From: Alphaproteobacteria bacterium MarineAlpha9_Bin6
GTDB lineage: Bacteria > Pseudomonadota > Alphaproteobacteria > UBA7887
Assembly (NCBI GenBank): GCA_002937585.1
Contig: PTKE01000001.1
Span: 5,936-69,935 of the forward strand
Reading direction: 5' to 3'
DNA: 64,000 nucleotides
A model generated the notes under the pieces. It was not told the DNA's origin. It made no database searches and saw only the letters and a list, made by a program, of their open reading frames with translations. Positions within the stretch are counted from its first letter, which is position 1; each line of letters starts with the position of its first letter. Positions 49,986-58,833 of this stretch are shown one piece after another. Position numbers and translations under genes: made by a program.

Positions 49986-50045
49986 ACTCTCGTCCAGAAT
50001 TGAAATGGACACATCACATCTGTACCAATACTGATAGCCAGCAAC

Positions 50046-50597
50046 TTGTCTGACAACTCGCCGATCCCAAAACGTTTGAAGTGGATAGATTCACTAATTG
50101 ATGGCCTTGCCGCAATCGCTGGCATCATATTGTGTGCGCTCACCTTGCTTCTATGTTTTGACGCCGTTGGGAGAACCATAGTCAGGTTCGCTGGTGATGC
50201 GGGCTGGGGGTACACCATACCGTGGACATTAGATGTAGCGGAATATGCACTTTATCTTATGACATTTTTTGGCGCCCCGTGGGTATTGCGCGAAGGTGGT
50301 CATATTGCCATAGATCTGTTGGTCGAACGTCTAGCGCCCGTCCCGCGACGCTGGGTTTCGGTTGCAACCGATATAATTGGGGCACTTGTCTGCGCAGCGC
50401 TATTTTACTATTCCTGCCAGGTGTGGTGGACATCCTTTGACGAACAAGTTCTGATACACGAAACTTTCGTTTTTCCCGAATGGACACTGTTAAGTGTGGC
50501 TCCAGCTACATTCCTTATGATGACCATCATAATGTTGTGTCGCGCGCACCGCCCATTAATTAACTCGATACGCAATAGGCTAAAAACCGGACTGTAA
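50046..50597 (+). CDS. dctQ: TRAP transporter small permease (DctQ)
   Basis: 183 aa with four predicted TM segments; lies between dctP and dctM. Confidence 0.75.
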   Translation: MSDNSPIPKRLKWIDSLIDGLAAIAGIILCALTLLLCFDAVGRTIVRFAGDAGWGYTIPWTLDVAEYALYLMTFFGAPWVLREGGHIAIDLLVERLAPVPRRWVSVATDIIGALVCAALFYYSCQVWWTSFDEQVLIHETFVFPEWTLLSVAPATFLMMTIIMLCRAHRPLINSIRNRLKTGL

Positions 50598-50601
50598 ACC
50601 C

Positions 50602-51918
50602 ATGGAATGGTATTACGTCCTAGCCATTTTGGTTGGCACCCTACTCTTTTTCATGCTTCTTGGTCTCCCGGTGGTATTTGCCTTCTTCGCCGCAAACATC
50701 ATAGGAGCCATGCTTTTTATGGGTGGCGAAAAAGGCGTGGCACAACTAATTCGAAACGCGGTCGTTGCTACACAAAATTTTTCCCTTTTGCCAATACCCC
50801 TATTCATTTTAATGGGCGAAATCATGTTTCACACAGGAGTCGCGGCTCGTGCTATCGACGCAGTGGACAAATTAATTGCGCGTGTCCCCGGGAGACTATC
50901 TTTAGTCGCCATCGTAGGCGGTACACTGTTTTCGTCGCTCTCAGGATCCACGATCGCCAACACAGCTATGTTGGGAAGCACACTTTTACCGGAGATGTAC
51001 AAGCGTGGTTACAAACCGGAGATAGCGATTGGTCCAATTGTAGCGGTCGGCGGAATAGCAATGCTGATACCACCATCGGCGCTAGCCGTGCTTCTTGGAA
51101 GCGTTGCACGAATTCCGATTAGTGATCTCCTGCTCGCGTCAATCCTGCCAGCGCTTATTCTAGCTTTTCTGTTTTATGTGTACGTGACGATACGATGCTG
51201 GCTAAACCCAAGTATCGCGCCAAGTTACGACATCGCTGGAATGACCTGGTGGCAGCGCATAAAACCATTCCTGATTTATGTGTTGCCTCTAATGAGCATC
51301 TTTCTGGTTGTCGTCGGCAGTATTGTTGCCGGAATTGCGACACCCACCGAATCTGCAGCCCTTGGGACCGTGGCATGTCTTATCATAGCTGCTGCGTATA
51401 GGTCGCTACGATGGCATAATTTTATTACATCGGTCCGACAGACCGTGCGCTTTAGCGTAATGACATTGTTCATCATTTGCGGGTCGATAACTTTCTCTCA
51501 AATACTTGCATTCTCTGGAGCATCAGCCGAACTCTCCAGTGTCATCTTAAACTCCGAATTGGCTCCGCTTTTTATTTTACTCGGAATGCTCGCAATTCTC
51601 ATGATTCTGGGCTGCTTCATGGATCAGGTGAGCATGATAATGATCACGATGCCACTTTATATGCCGGTGATTGAACAGATAGGCTACAACGTTGTGTGGT
51701 TTGGCGTATTAACGTTGATGGTCATGGAGATCAGTTTAGCAACACCACCTTTTGGGCTTCTACTTTTCGTAGCCAAAGGCGCAGCCCCGGCAGACACAAC
51801 AATGCGGCAGGTTATAACCTCTGTCCTACCCTTCGTCTTTATAGCAATGTTAGTGGTCGCATTACTCATAGCAATCCCACAGTTGACGCTTATCGTTCCT
51901 GAGTTAATCAACAATTAA
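50602..51918 (+). CDS. dctM: TRAP transporter large permease (DctM)
   Basis: 438 aa polytopic membrane protein with DctM composition; 4 nt after dctQ. Confidence 0.85.
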   Translation: MEWYYVLAILVGTLLFFMLLGLPVVFAFFAANIIGAMLFMGGEKGVAQLIRNAVVATQNFSLLPIPLFILMGEIMFHTGVAARAIDAVDKLIARVPGRLSLVAIVGGTLFSSLSGSTIANTAMLGSTLLPEMYKRGYKPEIAIGPIVAVGGIAMLIPPSALAVLLGSVARIPISDLLLASILPALILAFLFYVYVTIRCWLNPSIAPSYDIAGMTWWQRIKPFLIYVLPLMSIFLVVVGSIVAGIATPTESAALGTVACLIIAAAYRSLRWHNFITSVRQTVRFSVMTLFIICGSITFSQILAFSGASAELSSVILNSELAPLFILLGMLAILMILGCFMDQVSMIMITMPLYMPVIEQIGYNVVWFGVLTLMVMEISLATPPFGLLLFVAKGAAPADTTMRQVITSVLPFVFIAMLVVALLIAIPQLTLIVPELINN

Positions 51919-51919
51919 A

Positions 51920-51964
51920 ACGTATACCTCTGGCGTTTATACGTATCAGCGTGTGAATGTTCAC
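51920..51964. terminator. Hairpin plus tight palindrome in the convergent gap after dctM and the VOC gene (weak terminator candidate)
   Basis: ACGTATA-N11-TATACGT (51920-51944) starts 2 nt after the dctM stop, then GTGAAtgTTCAC (51953-51964); AT-rich stem and no clear U-tract. Confidence 0.2.
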
Positions 51965-52019
51965 TTTCTCCGCCTCCTGGCTGGTCTTTATTGAAGACTA
52001 GGGCGCACTCTCTTCGGTT

Positions 52020-52493
52020 TTAATATCCTGTTGTGACCTCGACCTGAATATTGTCTGGATCTTGCAGATAAACAGAGCCCCGCTCTTCTGTTCCGTGGAG
52101 AGAATACGCTATCCCTTTATTCTTTAGCCTAACGATAAGGGCTTTAAACCGCACCGAGGTCGCCTTGAGAGCAACATGATGCATGCTCCCTATTCCTCGC
52201 ACGGTGGACTCACCGCCACGCTTGGGAAAATCAAAGAAAGCCAGTAAATTTTCTCCGCCCATATCAAGAAAAATATGTGTAGACGTAGGTTCATCTCGAT
52301 TAGCGACAATTTTAGTAAGACGCATTTGCAAAACACTAGTGTAAAATTCAATTGTGGCACCAAGGTCAGAGCTTATTAGCGCTAGGTGATCAACTCCCTC
52401 AGTACCAACTTCTCCGTTCCCGGAATCTGCACTCGACAAATAACGGCTTCGTAACTCCTCTCGGTAATTCTCATAGCCACTACTTTCAGTCAT
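52020..52493 (-). CDS. VOC-family (glyoxalase/bleomycin-resistance/dioxygenase) protein
   Basis: 157 aa; two beta-alpha-beta-beta-beta modules; metal-ligand-like H/E positions (VDHLALI ... MHHVALK). Confidence 0.7.
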   Translation of the reverse strand: MTESSGYENYREELRSRYLSSADSGNGEVGTEGVDHLALISSDLGATIEFYTSVLQMRLTKIVANRDEPTSTHIFLDMGGENLLAFFDFPKRGGESTVRGIGSMHHVALKATSVRFKALIVRLKNKGIAYSLHGTEERGSVYLQDPDNIQVEVTTGY

Positions 52494-52561
52494 TTTTTTC
52501 TCCAGCGGAGAACCAAGATTTTTGTCTTAGTTAATAACTATTCCCCATAACTTAAGTCCAG

Positions 52562-53518
52562 TTAGCGATTTCTGGGTAAATCGAGACCGATGTCTTCGAG
52601 GTGGCTCATGTCCTCCCCAATCCTCTCCAACGCCATCTGTGATAGAGGAGGCTTTAGTATCGATTTAACATTTGTTTCAACGTGGGCCGGATTCCCACTC
52701 CCAAATAATACTACATTGGCACCAGGTTCATGCCGGACATATCGGTACGCCGCATCAATGATACTGGTAGCACCGCCTTCTTTAAGAAGAAAATCGAATG
52801 GATTGGTGGAGTGATTGTATTTTTCCGCCAATTTTCCGTCGGCCACCAACTTTTCGACGGTCGATGAAAGGTAGGCAGAATCACTAAAAATGCTCCGCAC
52901 TGCAAACATAATAAGGGTGCCAATATTTTTCTTCAGAGTCCGAGCAAATACCGAATCACGGGCATTTTGATGCATCATATGAAAACCAACCATGACCACT
53001 TCCCAGCACTCATCTTCAAAAGCGTGCGTTAGCATGAGGTGTTTGGGATCATTTGGTGGAGTTTCCGTAATACCCAAGTGGGAAAATTTCCCTTTTTCAC
53101 GTTCTCGGAGTAAGGCCGGAACGAGCTCGTCGCACACATATTCATAGTCTCGGCGTTGTACCGCATGCAAATGAAAGACATCTACAAAATCAGTCTGAAG
53201 GTTCCGCAAAGAACGCTCAAGACTGGCAACTATTTGGGACGCCGAATGCAAATTCCGCGGCTCTGGAATACGGCATTTTGTTGAAATGATAACTGAGTCT
53301 CGAGGGACTTTGTGAAGAGCTGTTCCGAGAATTTTTTCTGTTCCATACACCTCCGCTGTGTCAAAAAAATTGACCCCTAGATCCAACGCCTGGTGTATGA
53401 TTGAAATCGACTCCGCGACAGTGCTACCCGTAGATTGGCCCAGGCGGCTATTCCCACCGCACCCCAGACCAGCAACGCTAACCTGAAGTCCTGTTGCCCC
53501 AAGACTGGTAAATTCCAT
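52562..53518 (-). CDS. Aldo/keto reductase
   Basis: 318 aa; AKR TIM-barrel motifs (LGVNFFDTAEVYG, catalytic tetrad context DxxxxY...K...H). Confidence 0.85.
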   Translation of the reverse strand: MEFTSLGATGLQVSVAGLGCGGNSRLGQSTGSTVAESISIIHQALDLGVNFFDTAEVYGTEKILGTALHKVPRDSVIISTKCRIPEPRNLHSASQIVASLERSLRNLQTDFVDVFHLHAVQRRDYEYVCDELVPALLREREKGKFSHLGITETPPNDPKHLMLTHAFEDECWEVVMVGFHMMHQNARDSVFARTLKKNIGTLIMFAVRSIFSDSAYLSSTVEKLVADGKLAEKYNHSTNPFDFLLKEGGATSIIDAAYRYVRHEPGANVVLFGSGNPAHVETNVKSILKPPLSQMALERIGEDMSHLEDIGLDLPRNR

Positions 53519-53734
53519 CGCTTAACTCCGACAGTATGCCAGGATGATCAAACCTAAGTCCTCTGGGGAAATCAGCCCGCGGCCTTAATTCCTCTAGGCG
53601 GGAACATAGAACTAGAATCAGGTGATTTACAGGGATGGATTAAATTTCGTACGCTAATGCCGGCTCTAAAAGGATCTTGCCTCTATAATTCGCACTCTTA
53701 AAAAGATTAAGTGGCACCGGCGTGACGAAGGAGA

Positions 53735-54706
53735 ATGGTCATGGCAATCGAACTAAGCGTAGCCACCAGTGGCCTTTCTGTGTGGTTTAGCAATGATATA
53801 GGGGAGACCTGGGACCGACCTTACAGTGAATCTGGCTTGTATTTGGAAGCGCGTGTTTGGGCGTTATCGTCTCATCCAGGTGAGCCAGAACATCTTTATG
53901 CAGGAACAGATTCAGGAATTTATCGATGGGATAAGGTGACTCAACAATGGAGCCATTTATCTTCACCGATGGACCCGCTATCGGTTTGGTCCCTTGCACA
54001 GGCACCCCATGACCCACGCCTAATCATTGCTGGCACGCAACCCGCGGCCCTTTATCTTTCCAAAAATTCTGGAGAAAGTTGGGAAAAACTTTCAGCGCCA
54101 CTTCCTAATTCATGTCAATTCATCGGCTCCCCACGCGTCACGCACGTCTCCTTTGATCCCGTTGAGCACGACAGACTTTGGGCAGGTGTAGAGATTGGCG
54201 GTGTATGGACTAGCGACAACAATGGACAAAGCTGGGAAGCACGCAACGACGGGCTTATTTCCGAGGACATTCACGGACTTTCCATATCTAACAATGGCAC
54301 CCAAAGAATGTTCGCAACTACCAACAAGGGGCTACACGTCAGTGACGATGCTGGTACGCATTGGAGTTTTCAACGCCTCGACTCGCCTTGGCAATATTGT
54401 CGCGTCATAGCACCGCGCCCAGACAGGAAAGTCCTTTTCCTTAGCAACGGCAATGGCCCTCCTGGTTCTAATGGTCGCCTACTTAAAAGCTTTGATGGGG
54501 GGGAAAGCTGGTGCGATGCCCACTTGCCGGGCACACTCAATAGTACCGTGTGGTGCCTAGCAATGCATGAGTCGGATCCCCAGTTGATCTTTGCTGCAAC
54601 TAATCTTGGTCAGGTGTTCCGAAGTGCTGATGGCGGTGAAACGTGGATTAAGCTTAACCGAGAATTTGGAGAAATTCGCGCGATCACGTGGCGACCGACG
54701 AACTAG
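53735..54706 (+). CDS. BNR/Asp-box repeat beta-propeller protein (sialidase-like / Ycf48-like)
   Basis: Six Asp-box motifs SxDxGxTW (SNDIGETWD, SKNSGESWE, SDNNGQSWE, SDDAGTHWS, SFDGGESWC, SADGGETWI); 323 aa. Confidence 0.65.
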   Translation: MVMAIELSVATSGLSVWFSNDIGETWDRPYSESGLYLEARVWALSSHPGEPEHLYAGTDSGIYRWDKVTQQWSHLSSPMDPLSVWSLAQAPHDPRLIIAGTQPAALYLSKNSGESWEKLSAPLPNSCQFIGSPRVTHVSFDPVEHDRLWAGVEIGGVWTSDNNGQSWEARNDGLISEDIHGLSISNNGTQRMFATTNKGLHVSDDAGTHWSFQRLDSPWQYCRVIAPRPDRKVLFLSNGNGPPGSNGRLLKSFDGGESWCDAHLPGTLNSTVWCLAMHESDPQLIFAATNLGQVFRSADGGETWIKLNREFGEIRAITWRPTN

Positions 54707-54712
54707 CCAACA

Positions 54713-55876
54713 TTAATTGGGAAACCCTTCGAATCCGGTAACTCTGGCCAACGTCTCAAAAAACGCTCGTTTTCTAGACGTGTTGATAGCCCAGTTTATC
54801 GGAGGATTTTGGTATCCGTTGATGTAGTCTCCATAGAAGAGTTTTCCTCCGGCGGCAGCGCCAGGGTCAAAATAACCCCATCCAGCCCGCACCTGTAAAG
54901 CAGCACGGAAGTTGTGGCACGGCTGGTCAAAATCGAAATGATCATCTTCATTAAAAAATACTGGTTGCCCGCGGTAACTCGGGACCGACCGAACCCGTTT
55001 TACCATACGTTTTATACCTTCGGGACGGTCGACTCCGTTTCCATGCAAAAGAATAAAATCAGATACTTCGACCACCTCAGGACTTGGCGCCTCACGCTGG
55101 GTAAAACTTGTACCCACCAAAAGACGATGATTCCCATACTCAACAGAGCGTGCTTGCGAAATTAATTCATGGACCCGATGCGGTTGCAAAATTTGATGTT
55201 CGTATCTAGGAACATCAGTTTCATTATTTATTTCGATAATCACATTTCGATAACCCTGACGAAGTATCCACAGACAGACCTCACCTACAGCTGCACGTAC
55301 CGCTTTTTCATCCGATAATTTTTCATCCTGGCCGAAATAGAATAGCCCCAGGCAAACAATGAGACCTGCAGCATCTGCCGCCTCAATAAGATGAGCAGTG
55401 CGCGAGCAAGTGTCCGGATCAAATACCCCAGCGCCATCAAATCCACTTGACTGCCAAGGCTGAGATTCTAAACCGGTTAAACCGGCCCAAATGTCGGTAT
55501 CTCCTGCACCGGGATGTCGAACATGAATGCGCCTACGTAGTTCATTCAGAAAAACCGGATTATCACGATAATATCCAAGCGGTGAACCACCCTGTAAATT
55601 GACATTAATCGCGGTCAATCCATGTGCGGCATAAACAGGAAGCATTTTTGCTAATTCAATAGTGTTGCGTCCCGCTTCCCAAATTCCAGTGTCAGGGTAG
55701 GCCCACAGATGGCGGGTCAATGAATTCGAGTCGTCAAAAACGCCATTCGCCATTCGAGTGTTGAGGAGCAATCCCTCAATATGGATATCTTGATGCCAAC
55801 GTCCTTCATAAGTCGGATGGCCATTAATCAGCCAACTATCTCCATCAATTTCAATCTCGCTACGAGCTTTCCACAT
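54713..55876 (-). CDS. Putative clan GH-A TIM-barrel glycoside hydrolase (GH5/DUF4038-like)
   Basis: 387 aa; IIEINNE acid/base NE motif typical of clan GH-A; convergent with the BNR protein. Confidence 0.5.
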   Translation of the reverse strand: MWKARSEIEIDGDSWLINGHPTYEGRWHQDIHIEGLLLNTRMANGVFDDSNSLTRHLWAYPDTGIWEAGRNTIELAKMLPVYAAHGLTAINVNLQGGSPLGYYRDNPVFLNELRRRIHVRHPGAGDTDIWAGLTGLESQPWQSSGFDGAGVFDPDTCSRTAHLIEAADAAGLIVCLGLFYFGQDEKLSDEKAVRAAVGEVCLWILRQGYRNVIIEINNETDVPRYEHQILQPHRVHELISQARSVEYGNHRLLVGTSFTQREAPSPEVVEVSDFILLHGNGVDRPEGIKRMVKRVRSVPSYRGQPVFFNEDDHFDFDQPCHNFRAALQVRAGWGYFDPGAAAGGKLFYGDYINGYQNPPINWAINTSRKRAFFETLARVTGFEGFPN

Positions 55877-56064
55877 ATTTCGACGATACCTTCAACTCCA
55901 TCTGCTAATTTCTGATATCACAGGGGTTCTTGTAAATTTTAACAAACAAACCGGGCAAAAAACGGATATACAGGCGACAAAAAGCCTTACGCTAGGATGA
56001 AGCAGGCGTAATCGACACTATTGCGGTTAAATTAGATGGGGACCTTAAGTAATACTCTTGCCCC

Positions 56065-56898
56065 CTACTTCCCTAGCAACGGCATATAGCTGTCTAATAG
56101 TTTGAAGCAGGTGTCACGATCTTCTGTGGGGATTCGCAATAAAGCTCTATGGATTCCAAGTTCATCGTAGGACTGCAACTTTTCCTTTTCAGGCGGAGCA
56201 CCGAATACAGAAACCGAAATCGATGATAGATCGCGTCCTCCTTCCTCTGCAACACGGCGAAGGCGTGTCATTCCATCTACTATGTCAGCCCGTGGACGTG
56301 GCAACCATCCATCACAAAAATCGACCACGCGCTTCAATGTATAGTCCGTCTCTCCACCAAGAATAATTGGGGGGTGCGGCCTTTGAGCTGGCTTCGGCCA
56401 CGAAAAAGCTGGGTCGAAGTCGACGAATTCGCCATGAAATTCTCCCTTCTCCTCTGTCCAAAACTGCTTCATGGCGAGAATATTTTCTTTTAGCAACTTG
56501 AAGCGACTTGAATATTGAGCCCCATGGTTTTCCATCTCATCCACATTCCAACCACCCCCAATTCCAAAGATAAACCGGCCCTTTGACAGGTGGTCAAGGC
56601 TAGCAACACATTTGGCCGTAGCGATGGGGTCACGCTGTGGGATTAAACATATCCCTGTCCCGATTTTGAGCGTTTTCGTCGCGGCCGCAACGAAGGACAG
56701 AGCCACAAAAGGATCGTACGTGTGATAGTACTCTTTCGGTAGGTCACCCCCTCCGGGCCATTCCGTTTTTCGGCTAGCGGGTATGTGCGTATGTTCGGGA
56801 ACCAGCAATGATTCAAAACCACGCTGCTCAAGCTCAGTCGCGAGTTCTACGACATCGATCGAGTATGCGGTAGGAAAGAAATACGCTCCAATATCCAT
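56065..56898 (-). CDS. LLM-class flavin/F420-type oxidoreductase
   Basis: 277 aa; resembles the short Rv2161c-like F420-dependent LLM subgroup (LLVPEHTHIP...GIGGGWN). Confidence 0.7.
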   Translation of the reverse strand: MDIGAYFFPTAYSIDVVELATELEQRGFESLLVPEHTHIPASRKTEWPGGGDLPKEYYHTYDPFVALSFVAAATKTLKIGTGICLIPQRDPIATAKCVASLDHLSKGRFIFGIGGGWNVDEMENHGAQYSSRFKLLKENILAMKQFWTEEKGEFHGEFVDFDPAFSWPKPAQRPHPPIILGGETDYTLKRVVDFCDGWLPRPRADIVDGMTRLRRVAEEGGRDLSSISVSVFGAPPEKEKLQSYDELGIHRALLRIPTEDRDTCFKLLDSYMPLLGK

Positions 56899-56987
56899 TG
56901 CTTCATCTCCAGATTTATTTCGTCTGTCCTGCTAAAACGTTCGATACCAAAACTTTTCTATCAACTAATTCATATGGACTCAAATAT

Positions 56988-57569
56988 CTATTCTTTACCA
57001 AGACTTCTCGAAAAGAAATTTCTGATACTCACCCAAACAGATTTCACCAACAGCCATCCGATTTTCAAATCGCGACCGCTCCTTTGGTAGTCCTTCTTAG
57101 GACCCTCAAAACCCGCACGCCGACTCAGCATTTCATCCAAGCTTGCGCTGAATTGAGTCGTAATTTGTCGTGCAAATTCCTCAACGATGGCACCGCGTCC
57201 AATCTGCGCTAGAGAACCATTCAGTGCATAGTCTGCCTCCACCTCCACCAAGGTTTCGGAGCCCTCGCCAATGTCAATCAACTGGTAGGAAAGGGTGGCT
57301 TTAGCACCTGAGTTGGAACCTTTGTCCCTTCCTTTTCCGTGCAATCTCCCACTCCACGACCCATGATTCCGATCAACCAGACCATCACCCACGAAGTGCA
57401 GTCGCATCGGTCCTAGTCTTGCAGTGACTTCACCGGTAAAAGATTCCGAACCCTCTAGTTTCGTAATTTTGGCACCGGGAAAACAATTTGCCAGTGCCTC
57501 AATATCGTGGAACAAATCCCACACATCCTCCCGAGGATGTGGCACGGAAATTTTTTGCGAAAGCCTCAT
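56988..57569 (-). CDS. CoxG-family (SRPBCC) carbon-monoxide-dehydrogenase subunit G-like protein
   Basis: 193 aa; N-terminus MRLSQKISVPHPREDVWDLFHDIEALANCFPGAKI typical of CoxG; last gene of the L-M-S-G operon. Confidence 0.7.
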   Translation of the reverse strand: MRLSQKISVPHPREDVWDLFHDIEALANCFPGAKITKLEGSESFTGEVTARLGPMRLHFVGDGLVDRNHGSWSGRLHGKGRDKGSNSGAKATLSYQLIDIGEGSETLVEVEADYALNGSLAQIGRGAIVEEFARQITTQFSASLDEMLSRRAGFEGPKKDYQRSGRDLKIGWLLVKSVWVSIRNFFSRSLGKE

Positions 57570-58045
57570 CCGTTTTCACTAGGAGGCCCTAGCACTCGTC
57601 GCAAAGCACACACAATCCCTTTGTAACCGGTACAACGACAAAGATTGCCTGCTAGCTCCAAACGAAGACGATTGTCATCTGCATCCGGCAACCTGTGTAC
57701 GATGTCGTACGCAGTGATCAACATCCCAGGCGTACAGTAACCGCACTGCAACGCATGTTCTGAAATAAAAGCGGAACGCAATTTTTCCATCTGGGGATCA
57801 TCTTTAAATCCTTCGATTGATATCACTTCTGCGTCATCACAAGATGCGGCCAACGTAATACAAGATCTCGAAGGCGCGCCATTGATCCAGACGGTACACG
57901 CGCCACACACACCATGCTCACACCCCAAATGAGTGCCTGTTAACAGTAACGTTTCGCGCAAAAAATCCGCCAAACTTTGCCGAGATTCTATGGTTTCATT
58001 TACTTTTTTCCCGTTCACCCTCAGTCCAATATTCACCTGGGTCAT
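57566..58045 (-). CDS. (2Fe-2S)-binding small subunit of xanthine-dehydrogenase-family molybdoenzyme (CoxS-like)
   Basis: 159 aa; both [2Fe-2S] cysteine motifs (GCEHGVCGACTV and QCGYCTPGM...CRCTGY); overlaps its neighbours by 4 nt. Confidence 0.85.
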   Translation of the reverse strand: MTQVNIGLRVNGKKVNETIESRQSLADFLRETLLLTGTHLGCEHGVCGACTVWINGAPSRSCITLAASCDDAEVISIEGFKDDPQMEKLRSAFISEHALQCGYCTPGMLITAYDIVHRLPDADDNRLRLELAGNLCRCTGYKGIVCALRRVLGPPSENG

Positions 58046-58833
58046 ATCTGTACCTCTGCTATCGCTTTTCGAAGTGCAGCGAAATGCGTGGTACGTTCGT
58101 AAGATTTAGAACTGCCCAGGAAAGCATCGATCTTGGATTCTTCCTTGCCGTCCCAAATCTCATCCAAACAAGCCGGGCTCGACTGTCTTGCACCAAGAAC
58201 GGTCTTGTGGAGATCTAATTTTTCATCAACCAACATGACCGCAATAGCCTTCGCAAATTCTCCTGGCTTTTGACATGCCTTCACGTAGGCCCAACGGGCT
58301 GATTGCGTTAATCTAGGCAACTCGATGGCAAATAGAACTTCGTCATCATTCAGGCTGGTCTGAAACGGCCCTTCCAGAAATTTGTTTATATCGACGGTCC
58401 GGGAGCCATTCGGCCCTCTTACCTCAAGTCGGGCCCCCATTGCGGTAAGTGCGGAAGGCCAGTCCGCCGAAGGATCTGCATGAGCAAGGCTTCCACCGAC
58501 CGTGCCACGATTACGAACGGCTCGATAAGCAATCCCGCCTGCCACTTCACGTAAATAGAGGCCGGTTTTTCCTTCTACAATCCCGTCCTCAATCATTGCA
58601 TGCGTAACCCCGGCACCAATTCTCACAGTTTTGTTTGTTTGTTCAACTCCGTGAAGCTCTCTCAGTCGAGATATGTCGACAACCAAGTCCGGTCGTACCA
58701 GACGAAAATTCATCATAGGGCACAACGACTGACCGCCCGCCAGAAGTTTCTTGAAGACACTTTGGTCCGCCAAGACTGTTACGGCATCCTCTAGAGATGA
58801 TGCCCTATAATATTTAAATGCGGGCGCTTTCAA
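58042..58833 (-). CDS. FAD-binding medium subunit of xanthine-dehydrogenase-family molybdoenzyme (CoxM-like)
   Basis: 263 aa; FAD-binding PCMH domain (LLAGGQSL) plus CO-dehydrogenase flavoprotein C-terminal domain. Confidence 0.8.
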   Translation of the reverse strand: MKAPAFKYYRASSLEDAVTVLADQSVFKKLLAGGQSLCPMMNFRLVRPDLVVDISRLRELHGVEQTNKTVRIGAGVTHAMIEDGIVEGKTGLYLREVAGGIAYRAVRNRGTVGGSLAHADPSADWPSALTAMGARLEVRGPNGSRTVDINKFLEGPFQTSLNDDEVLFAIELPRLTQSARWAYVKACQKPGEFAKAIAVMLVDEKLDLHKTVLGARQSSPACLDEIWDGKEESKIDAFLGSSKSYERTTHFAALRKAIAEVQI

